Assembly (NCBI GenBank): GCA_964585575.1
Contig: CAZPEM010000001.1
Coordinates: forward strand, 4,994 to 68,993
DNA length: 64,000 bases
Direction of reading: 5' to 3'
Origin: an uncultured Chitinophagaceae bacterium
Lineage (GTDB): Bacteria; Planctomycetota; Planctomycetia; Pirellulales; UBA1268
Shown here: positions 54,301-61,003 of the stretch, piece after piece
How positions within the stretch are numbered: the stretch's first letter is position 1
How the letters are laid out: every line of letters starts with the position of its first letter
Made by a program: the position numbers and the translations under genes
The notes under the pieces: generated by a model
The model's database searches: none
The model's input: the letters and a program-made list of their open reading frames with translations, nothing else
What the model was told of the DNA's origin: nothing

Positions 54301-55532
54301 ACGGCATGGTGGCCGGCAACAACCCCTTCCAGGTCGTCTTCCTCAACGAAGAGCGGCGGGAACGGTATCTGGGGGCGCTGCGGCAGCTCGCCGACCGACG
54401 GACCGACATCCCCGCCCTGCCCCGTCTCGTGTTCGACGGCAATCAGGCCGCCGACCCACAGGGCAACAGGCTCTTGTCGGAACTGCTGGATGCAGGCACC
54501 GTCCACGGCCGTGTCCCGAACGTTCCGCTCGCCTGGCTCGGCGACGCGATCGCGATCAAGGACCCGACCGCCGCGCCGTTCCGCCGCCAAGGCGGCGCCA
54601 ACATGCTCATCGTCGGCCAGCGGGAGGACCTCGCCACGAGTCTCCTGGCGATGGCGATGGTGAGCCTCGCCGCCGGGCACGACCCACACCCGGGCGGCGC
54701 GACGGGCCGCCCGGGCCGGTTCGTGCTGCTCGAACCGGCGATCGCCGAGGAGAAGCCCGACCTGCTCCTCTCGCGGCTTTCGGGCTTCCTGCCGCACGAG
54801 ATCGAGGTCGCCGGCAGGCTCGGCGTGGCCGCGGCCTTCGACCGGCTCGCCGCCGAGGTGAAGCGTCGTATCGACGGGCAGGTGCTCGACGCGGAGAGCG
54901 TCTTCGTGGTGATCCGCGACCTCGGCCGTTTCCGGGAGCTCCGCAAGGCCGACGGCGACTTCGGATTCTCCTTCGGGTCGGAGCAGAAGGCCGGCCCGGC
55001 GACGAACCTTCTGACCGTGCTGAAGGACGGGCCCACCGTCGGCATCCACGTGCTGCTCTGGTGTGACTCGCTCACGAACCTGCAGCGGACATTCGAGCGG
55101 GGAACGCTCAAGGAATTCGAGCTGCGGGCCATGTTTCAGATGAGCGGCAACGACTCCAGCCAGCTCGTCGACAGTCCCGCCGCGAGCAAGCTCGGCCCCC
55201 AGCGGGCCCTCTTCATCCACGAGGAGACCGGCACGCTCGAGAAGTTCCGGCCCTACGCCTTCCCGACCGAGGATTGGCTCACCGGTGTTTCGGCGAAGCT
55301 CCGCGGCCGCCCCCAGGGCACGCCGGCGGCACGCCCGGAGCCCTCGGCCGAGCCGGTGTCGCCACGAGCGACCGAGCCGACGGCCTCCGGTGCGGAACCG
55401 GGGGACGACTTCAACTTCGGCGGCGGCTTCGGCGACTTCAACTTCGCGAAATACCTCGACGACCCGCCGGCCGAATCGCCGCCGACGACCGATCCGGATC
55501 CGCCGTCAGGGCCGCCGCCCTCGTCCGCCTGA
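51327..55532 (+). CDS. Membrane-anchored multi-domain FtsK/SpoIIIE-family ATPase (EssC/EccC-like)
   Basis: 1401 aa; the start overlaps the upstream gene by 11 nt. Two TM helices lie at aa ~231-283 (nt 52017-52175). Walker A is GKTGSGKST (nt 53694-53720) and Walker B is LLVIDEF (nt 54006-54026). The flanking FtsK-like domains have degenerate motifs (KTTADQSEAAS / FVCVANF; GQREDLATS / FVVIRDL). Confidence 0.85.
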   Translation: MDPDSLRNPYDRELLRGQIERLRREAGIRAGLEEEILSQYSEAIARAEADAKSGLETTRAEFQARIDAAKREYATLTKRIEAQTEADRATLEEKRKAVTADIRRKCDREVQRLKEDFAGDEMPYREVHKDDRKKPLLIAAKSEKEVAAAMKLLEEVSARVAKTMADRGVKPNAEAENTEASQPEAAAQSEVSVVEGPDSLKRLLELRDLGIQIARNAIEMPEARSAFSSGLKAAVGLLPTLLGLGAAAAAFVLLPGDITLKGSAAAATAAVLIGGGVGGGSLFVRKKRTAVRVKTSECAAQLAGVVAEAGATAAAAGRFIKQRREEQSRRIEENFNAGLESRKEKHARQLEELAAKRDKALADLEAKASAAFEGLARRLATVREGLDSKYPPLIAKLDDECAAKVAAIETTHRDAVRAIEDRKHARWSAMTEAWRQVREQTTAAYDAAKAVDEASFLPWSALADESNPLPSNAPPGLRFGSLALSMRRIPGGVSPHAELNGFGPEAWPQPAILPFPVASSVLLKTTADQSEAASGMMQALMLRIATGIPPGQSRFTILDPLGLGKQFAGFMHLADHDELLVTSRIWTEPSQIEQRLADITEQMEVVIQKYLRNEYESIGAYNADAEVPEPYRFVCVANFPANFTETSARRLASIAASGARCGVYVILSVDMKQTMPPNFSLSDVEKHATTVVLKDGTFTWQDPEFSKWPLSVEQSPPDDVFTSIIQRVGRAAKAAKRVEVPFDRVAPVEQDWWKGSTASEVLAPLGPAGAKKLQYLKLGKGTSQHVLIAGKTGSGKSTLMHAMITSLALQYSPNEIQFYLIDFKKGVEFKLYDHYRLPHARVIAIESEREFGLSVLEQLDRELKRRGDLFRDLAVQDVAGFRQTGHADPMPRILLVIDEFQEIFVEDDKLAQDAALILDRLVRQGRAFGIHVLLGSQTLGGSYSLPRATMGQMAVRIALQCNEADSSLILSEENSAARLLTRPGEAIYNDANGMVAGNNPFQVVFLNEERRERYLGALRQLADRRTDIPALPRLVFDGNQAADPQGNRLLSELLDAGTVHGRVPNVPLAWLGDAIAIKDPTAAPFRRQGGANMLIVGQREDLATSLLAMAMVSLAAGHDPHPGGATGRPGRFVLLEPAIAEEKPDLLLSRLSGFLPHEIEVAGRLGVAAAFDRLAAEVKRRIDGQVLDAESVFVVIRDLGRFRELRKADGDFGFSFGSEQKAGPATNLLTVLKDGPTVGIHVLLWCDSLTNLQRTFERGTLKEFELRAMFQMSGNDSSQLVDSPAASKLGPQRALFIHEETGTLEKFRPYAFPTEDWLTGVSAKLRGRPQGTPAARPEPSAEPVSPRATEPTASGAEPGDDFNFGGGFGDFNFAKYLDDPPAESPPTTDPDPPSGPPPSSA

Positions 55533-55555
55533 CCTGGCATTCCACGAAAAACCCG

Positions 55556-56524
55556 ATGGTCACAGAAAAACCGATGCTACGGCAGTTGCCAGCCAGCCTG
55601 TTTCTCTCGCTGCTCGTCGTCGCCGGGATCGCGAAGGCGGCAGACGACGGTCCGCAGCGCCGGGCCTCGCCGCCGGGAACCATTTCGATCCTCTTCGTCG
55701 GCGACATCATGCTCGACAACGGCCCGGGGCACGCGGTCTCCAGCGGTCGCGATCCGTTCGCCGCCTGCCGGGAGCTGCTTCTCGACGCCGACTTCACGAT
55801 CGGAAACCTCGAGTGCGTGCTCGGCCAGAAGGGAAAGCAGCAGCTCAAGCCCTATACATTCCGCGCCGCGATCGGCTCGGAACGGTTTCTGAAGCCGTTG
55901 TTTTCTGGGGTGAGCGTCGCCAACAACCACGCTCTCGATTTCGGGCCGGAAGGCCTCGTGGAATCGCTTGCAATCCTCGCCCGCGAGGGCATCCCGCAGG
56001 TCGGAGGCGGCCGTACGCTCGCCGACTGCCGAAAGCCGCTCGTGTGCAGGAAGGACGGCCTCGCCGTCGCGATCCTCGCCGCGAACGAATTCAGGGCCGA
56101 AGCGTACGCCCCGAGCGAGCAGGCCGCGGGCGTGAACCCGCTCCGCGAGCAGGACCTACTGGCCGACATCCGCGGGGCCGCGGCGTCGGCCGACGCGGTG
56201 ATCCCGTTTCTCCACTGGGGACCGGAAAATACGCCCGAGCCGGGCGAGTCGCAGCGACGAACCGCCCGCCGGCTCGTCGAGGCCGGGGCCGCCGCCGTTG
56301 TCGGTGCGCACCCCCACGTGACGCAGACGGTGGACCTCCACCGCGGCGTGCCGATCATCTACAGCCTCGGCAATTTCGTCTTCGACTACTATCCCGTCGA
56401 TCCGCCGGTCTGGCACGGCTGGGCGGTGAAGCTCTCGATCACCAAGGGAAAGCCGATCGACGTCGAGACCCGCACGGTCGTGCTCGACAAGGAAGGGCTG
56501 CCTTCCCCGCTCCACGAGGAGTGA
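55556..56524 (+). CDS. CapA-family (PGA_cap) metallophosphoesterase-like protein with signal peptide
   Basis: It starts 23 nt after the ATPase gene, at ATG 55556 or 55574. Signal peptide: LPASLFLSLLVVAGIAKA. CapA motifs: ILFVGDIMLD, GNLECVL, VANNHALDFG, FLHWGPE, GAHPHV. Confidence 0.8.
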   Translation: MVTEKPMLRQLPASLFLSLLVVAGIAKAADDGPQRRASPPGTISILFVGDIMLDNGPGHAVSSGRDPFAACRELLLDADFTIGNLECVLGQKGKQQLKPYTFRAAIGSERFLKPLFSGVSVANNHALDFGPEGLVESLAILAREGIPQVGGGRTLADCRKPLVCRKDGLAVAILAANEFRAEAYAPSEQAAGVNPLREQDLLADIRGAAASADAVIPFLHWGPENTPEPGESQRRTARRLVEAGAAAVVGAHPHVTQTVDLHRGVPIIYSLGNFVFDYYPVDPPVWHGWAVKLSITKGKPIDVETRTVVLDKEGLPSPLHEE

Positions 56525-56536
56525 ACCCGTCGGCGA

Positions 56537-57640
56537 TCACTCCCTCGGACGGCGGCCGACGCGGACGTCGATCGTGCGGCGATTTTTTCCGCGGACGATC
56601 TCGAGCTGCACGGTCTCCCCGATCGGGGCCCTCGTGAGGTAGAGCACGAGCACCGCGGGATCGAGGATTTCCTCGCCGTCGAACGAGGTGATGACGTCGC
56701 CCGCCTCGAGTCCGGCGACCTCAGCGGGCGACTTCGGCTCGACCGCGACCACGAGCGCCCCCTGTTGCTCCGGCAGCATCGGCGGCAGCTCCCGGAGGGC
56801 GATCCCGAGATACCCGCGCTCGACGTGGCCATTTCGGAGAATTTCCCCGGTCACACGCCGCGCGGTGTTGCTCGGGATCGCGAAGCCGATCCCCCGCGAC
56901 TCGCGGCCGGCGATGGCGGTGGTGATCCCGACCACGCGGCCGTGGACGTCGACGAGCGGACCGCCGGAGTTGCCCGGGTTGATCGAGGCGTCGGTCTGGA
57001 GGAACTCCTGGAACGGATTGTCGGTGACCCCGCGGCGGCCGACGCCGCTGACGATCCCGTAGGTGATCGTGCGGTCGAGCCCGAAGGGATTGCCGATCGC
57101 CCAGACCATCTCGCCCACCTCGACGGAATCGCTGTCGCCCCACGCGGCGGCCGGCAGGTCGTCGGCATCGACCCGGAGAACGGCCAGGTCGCTCGCCGCG
57201 TCGCCGCCGACGAGCTTCGCCTCGAAATCGCGGCCGTCGGAGAGCTGCACCCGAATGGCGTCCACCTGGGCGACGACGTGATAGTTGGTCAGGATCACCC
57301 CCGCGGAGTCCACGACCACGCCCGACCCGAACGACTCGTCGGTGAGCCCGGGGCCGCGTTCGCCCCGCAGTGCCCGGATCTCGTCGGCGAGCGTCCGCAC
57401 ACGGCGGGTCGCGGTCACGTTCACGACCGACGGGCCGATGATCCTCGCGAGCGTCGTGAAGAGCTTTCCGACGCTCTTCAGCTCCGCCTTCGCGGCCGCG
57501 TCGCCGATCGCCGCAAGCTCCGCGCGGGTCTTCGCGTACTGGATCCGCCCGATGAACGACGGCGCCGCGATCAGGACGACGAGCGAGACGAGCCCGAGAA
57601 CCAGCCACGGCGTGCGATTGGAGGCTTCCATGGACTTCAT
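56537..57640 (-). CDS. HtrA/DegP-family serine protease with one PDZ domain
   Basis: N-terminal TM anchor. The catalytic triad context is present (TNYHVV; DLAVLRV; GNSGGPLVD). A C-terminal PDZ domain is present (GYLGIAL...LEAGDVITSFDGEEI). Confidence 0.9.
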   Translation of the reverse strand: MKSMEASNRTPWLVLGLVSLVVLIAAPSFIGRIQYAKTRAELAAIGDAAAKAELKSVGKLFTTLARIIGPSVVNVTATRRVRTLADEIRALRGERGPGLTDESFGSGVVVDSAGVILTNYHVVAQVDAIRVQLSDGRDFEAKLVGGDAASDLAVLRVDADDLPAAAWGDSDSVEVGEMVWAIGNPFGLDRTITYGIVSGVGRRGVTDNPFQEFLQTDASINPGNSGGPLVDVHGRVVGITTAIAGRESRGIGFAIPSNTARRVTGEILRNGHVERGYLGIALRELPPMLPEQQGALVVAVEPKSPAEVAGLEAGDVITSFDGEEILDPAVLVLYLTRAPIGETVQLEIVRGKNRRTIDVRVGRRPRE

Positions 57641-57665
57641 GGTAGCAGCCCCGCCGGGGAGCCGG

Positions 57666-58340
57666 TCACTCCCCGAACGCCGGCGGCCAGCACGAGGGAC
57701 CGCCGATCGCCGTCGAGAGCCGCTCGAGGAACGTTTTACGGGAGACCGCCGTCACGCCGAACTGCTCGAGGTGCGGCGACACGAGCTGCACGTCGAAGAG
57801 CCCGCACCCCGCCTCGCGAACCGCGATGGCCAGCCGACAAAGCGCGACCTTCGATGCGTCCCGCTCGAGCGAGAACATCGACTCCCCGGCGAACATTCCC
57901 CCGATCGACACGCCGTAGAGCCCTCCCGCGAGCGTGCCATCCCGCCAGACCTCCACGCTGTGGCAGAAGCCGGCCTCGTGGAGTCGCCGGTAGGCCGTGA
58001 TCATCGCGGGCGTGATCCAGGTGTTGCCACGCCGGCCGCCACTGGCCGCGCATCCGCGGACGACCGCCTCGAAGGCCCGGTCCGTGGAGAGCGTGAATCG
58101 GCCCGAGCGGATCGTCCGCTGGAGCCGCTGTGGAACGTGGAGCCGGTCGAGGTCGAGGATGCCCCGCGGATCGGGCGACCACCAGAGCAGGCCCCGCGGG
58201 CCGCTCGACACCGGCCAGGGAAAGATGCCCCGCGAGTATGCATCGACGAGCCGCTCCACCGTGAGGCTTCCGCCGCAGGCCAGCGGCCCGTCCGCAGGCC
58301 AGGTCTCGGGCGGCGGAAAGAGCGACGGCGTGTTTTTCAT
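57666..58340 (-). CDS. aat: Leucyl/phenylalanyl-tRNA--protein transferase
   Basis: Internal start (ATG at 58340) within ORF 57666-58922. Motifs: YSRGIFPW, LLWWSPDPRGIL, GGLYGVSIGGMFAGESMF. Confidence 0.9.
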   Translation of the reverse strand: MKNTPSLFPPPETWPADGPLACGGSLTVERLVDAYSRGIFPWPVSSGPRGLLWWSPDPRGILDLDRLHVPQRLQRTIRSGRFTLSTDRAFEAVVRGCAASGGRRGNTWITPAMITAYRRLHEAGFCHSVEVWRDGTLAGGLYGVSIGGMFAGESMFSLERDASKVALCRLAIAVREAGCGLFDVQLVSPHLEQFGVTAVSRKTFLERLSTAIGGPSCWPPAFGE

Positions 58341-58347
58341 GGGCGAC

Positions 58348-59559
58348 TCATCCCCAACGGCGGCGAACCAGGTCGAGGGCCGACTTGGCGGCCCGCGAGA
58401 CGCGAAGCGAGCCCGCGCCGCCGAGCACGTGATCGACGACTTCGATGCCCGAAGCCGTCGCCATGGCGATCGTCGCGTGCGTCCGTCCCGGCTCCGGCCC
58501 CGGCAGTTCGGGCCCGATGGCGAGGCCGATGTCCGCCCCGAACGACGAGCGAACCGCCTCCGCGACCCCGCCGACGTCGTGCGGCCGGCGACCGGACTGG
58601 TCCCGCGGCACGGGCAGGACGTTGCCGCCGCGATACACGCCGGCCGACCGCCGTGCCTCCGCCTCCGCAGCGAGCGACGCCAGGCAGCCCTTCGTCGCGA
58701 TCTCGCTCGTGGCGAGCGAAAGGCCCCGGGACGCCGCCGCGGCCACCGCCGCGTCCTCGATCTCCTCGTCTTCGACGCCGAACACGAGCACGCCGAGGTG
58801 CTCGCGGATGAGTCGCTCCGTCGGATCGATCTTCGCGAGACACTCCGACTCGTCCCGACCCCGAGCGGCGATCCTGAGCGTGATCGTCGCCTCGTGGGCC
58901 GTGATCCCGACGAGCGGATCACGGCCCCGGCGAATGAGGTCGGGCAGCATCGCCTCGATCGCGCTCTCGCCCGCCCCGAAACACTTGATCCTGCGGAAGA
59001 GCACCGTTCCCGCCTCCGGCTGCATCGCGAGGATCGCGGGAGCCACGCTATCCCGCCACATCCGCTTCATCTCCGAAGGAACCCCCGGCAACGCGAACAC
59101 GCGGCAGTTCCCGGCCGGACCGCCTGCGTCGCGGGGCAGGTCGATGTCGATGCCGGGTGCCGTGCCCACGGGGTTGTCGACGATGCGGCTCCCCCGCGGA
59201 AACATCGCCTGCAACCGGTTCGAAGCGGGCATCGGCATGCCACGCCTGGCGAACCGCGACTCCACGGCGGCAAGCGCCGCGTCCGACAGCTCGAGAGGCT
59301 CTCGGCTGACCTCCGCCAGCACGTCGCGGGTGAGGTCGTCGGCCGTCGGGCCGAGGCCGCCGGTGGAGACGACGAGTTCGACCCGTGATGCCGCCCGGCG
59401 AAACGCCTCGATGCCATCCTCGAGCGAGTCGGTCGCCGTCGTGTGAAACCGCACCGCGACACCGAGGGCCGCAAGCTCGGCGGAGAGCCACTGGCTGTTC
59501 GTATCGAGCCGTTGTCCGGTCGTCAGCTCGTCGCCGATCGCGATCACCTCCGCCCGCAT
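58348..59559 (-). CDS. cinA: CinA-family protein (MoCF-binding domain + nicotinamide-nucleotide amidase PncC-like domain)
   Basis: MRAEVIAIGDELTTGQRLDTNSQWL, VVSTGGLGPTADDLT. Alternative starts lie at 59580 and 59631. Confidence 0.88.
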   Translation of the reverse strand: MRAEVIAIGDELTTGQRLDTNSQWLSAELAALGVAVRFHTTATDSLEDGIEAFRRAASRVELVVSTGGLGPTADDLTRDVLAEVSREPLELSDAALAAVESRFARRGMPMPASNRLQAMFPRGSRIVDNPVGTAPGIDIDLPRDAGGPAGNCRVFALPGVPSEMKRMWRDSVAPAILAMQPEAGTVLFRRIKCFGAGESAIEAMLPDLIRRGRDPLVGITAHEATITLRIAARGRDESECLAKIDPTERLIREHLGVLVFGVEDEEIEDAAVAAAASRGLSLATSEIATKGCLASLAAEAEARRSAGVYRGGNVLPVPRDQSGRRPHDVGGVAEAVRSSFGADIGLAIGPELPGPEPGRTHATIAMATASGIEVVDHVLGGAGSLRVSRAAKSALDLVRRRWG

Positions 59560-59684
59560 GCGTCGTTCTCCGTGATTCATCCAATGCGTCTCAGTGCCCG
59601 CAGCCCGAGCCCTTGTTGTACCGGAAGCCACGGGCCGAACCGGGGCGACTGTACGGGGCCGGGCGTGGCGGCGAGAATCCCGAC

Positions 59685-60911
59685 ATGAACATAGGCCTTC
59701 TCGGGTGCGACCGACAGATACTCGACCTGCTCGCGGCGTCGGTCGCCGACGGCGGCCGGATCGCCGTCGCGTGCGATATCGACGCCGAGGCGTTCGCGGC
59801 GGTCGTCTCCCGCGGTCTCTGCGACCGGACGCTTGCCAGCGACGGTTCGTGGGAGTCGCTCATCGACCCGCGGCAGACGGACGTGGTGTTCGTCGGCGCG
59901 GACCGCTGGCACGAGGGCCGCGCCGATGCGGTCCGCAGGATCGTCCAGGCCGGCCGGACGGTCGTGCTTTCGCATCCGCTCGACCTCTCGATGCTCTGGG
60001 CCTACGAGATCGACATGATCCGTGGCGACAGCCGCGCGACCCTGATTCCTCTCCTCCCCGACCGGCTGCACCCGTTCGTCGCGAGGCTCCGCAGCCTCCT
60101 CGAGGCGGGGCTCGCGGCCGCATCGCCATTCGGTGGAATCGACGCGATCGTCATGGAACGCCGCCCCGAAGGCTTCGACCGCGATGCCGTGCTCAGCGCG
60201 TTCTCGCGCGACGCCGACCTCCTGCGGGCCATCGCCGGCGATCCGAAGCGGCTTTCGACGCTCGGCGCAACCCCGCAGTCGGCCACGTTCACGACGCTCA
60301 CGGTCGAGCTGAGCGGACCATCGAGCCTGCCGGTCCGCTGGCAGGTCGTGCGGGGGGATCGCCCCGGCGCACGGCTGTCGCTCATGGGGGAGCGGGGCAC
60401 GGTCACGCTCGAGATTCCCGACGGGCCGGCGGATGCATGGACGCTCCGGGAACAGACGGCCGACGGCTCCCCTCCGCGGGTCGAGACGCTGCCCTTCGAC
60501 CGCCCGCGGGCCGTGCTCTCGCTGCTCGCACGCCGCGATGCAGCCACGAGCGACCCGGACATGCCGCCCGCCGGCTGGAGCGACGCCGCTCGGACGATCG
60601 AACTGGCCGAGACGATTCCGCGAAGCATCGCCAAGGGACGGGGCATCGACCTGCACCAGGAGGAGTTCTCGGAGATCGGCACGTTCAAGGGCACCATGGC
60701 ATCCCTGGGATGCGGCATCGTGCTCGCGGGGCTGCTCCTGCTCGTGTTGGCGACGCTCGTCGGCGGCATCGCCAGCGCCGCCGGATGGGAATTCGGCGAG
60801 CGGCTCGCCGGGGCCTGGCCCTGGATCATCCTGACGGTGCTCGTGCTGTTCCTGTCGCTTCAAATCATCCCGCTCTTGATTCCCCAACCACCACCGCACC
60901 GCAGGAAATGA
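59685..60911 (+). CDS. Hypothetical membrane-anchored protein with degenerate Gfo/Idh/MocA-like N-terminal fold and two C-terminal TM helices
   Basis: ATG 59685 lies within ORF 59385-60911. The N-terminus, MNIGLLGCDRQILDLL, is Rossmann-like but lacks a clean GxGxxG. C-terminal TM helices: LGCGIVLAGLLLLVLATLVGGI and WPWIILTVLVLFLSLQIIPLLI. Confidence 0.55.
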   Translation: MNIGLLGCDRQILDLLAASVADGGRIAVACDIDAEAFAAVVSRGLCDRTLASDGSWESLIDPRQTDVVFVGADRWHEGRADAVRRIVQAGRTVVLSHPLDLSMLWAYEIDMIRGDSRATLIPLLPDRLHPFVARLRSLLEAGLAAASPFGGIDAIVMERRPEGFDRDAVLSAFSRDADLLRAIAGDPKRLSTLGATPQSATFTTLTVELSGPSSLPVRWQVVRGDRPGARLSLMGERGTVTLEIPDGPADAWTLREQTADGSPPRVETLPFDRPRAVLSLLARRDAATSDPDMPPAGWSDAARTIELAETIPRSIAKGRGIDLHQEEFSEIGTFKGTMASLGCGIVLAGLLLLVLATLVGGIASAAGWEFGERLAGAWPWIILTVLVLFLSLQIIPLLIPQPPPHRRK

Positions 60912-61003
60912 GACCGAGCGATCCTGGCCCCCGGCCGGCACGTTCGCCGGTGGGCCGCGACCGCCCGCTCCCGTCGCAGGCGGGCCGCAGGTACCATGTG
61001 GCA

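Noticed and set aside
50433-55220. Large minus-strand ORFs (50433-53054, 50987-53191, 53370-55220) overlapping the WXG/ATPase cluster.
   Set aside because: This is the same GC artefact. The plus-strand frame carries Walker A/B motifs, TM helices and consistent GC3 bias, and the antisense products are RG/RP-rich nonsense.
51327-55532. Interpreting the 1401-aa FtsK/SpoIIIE protein as the cell-division DNA translocase FtsK.
   Set aside because: It has two rather than four N-terminal TM helices and no C-terminal gamma (KOPS-binding winged-helix) domain. It has multiple tandem P-loop modules, only one of them intact, and it is translationally coupled to WXG-like genes. This layout fits EssC/EccC-type secretion ATPases better.
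59594-61003. N-terminal 470-codon extension of ORF 59594-63982, which would give a 1462-aa protein.
   Set aside because: This part is RG-rich and overlaps the better-supported 59685-60911 gene in another frame. FAD-domain homology begins right after ATG 61004.
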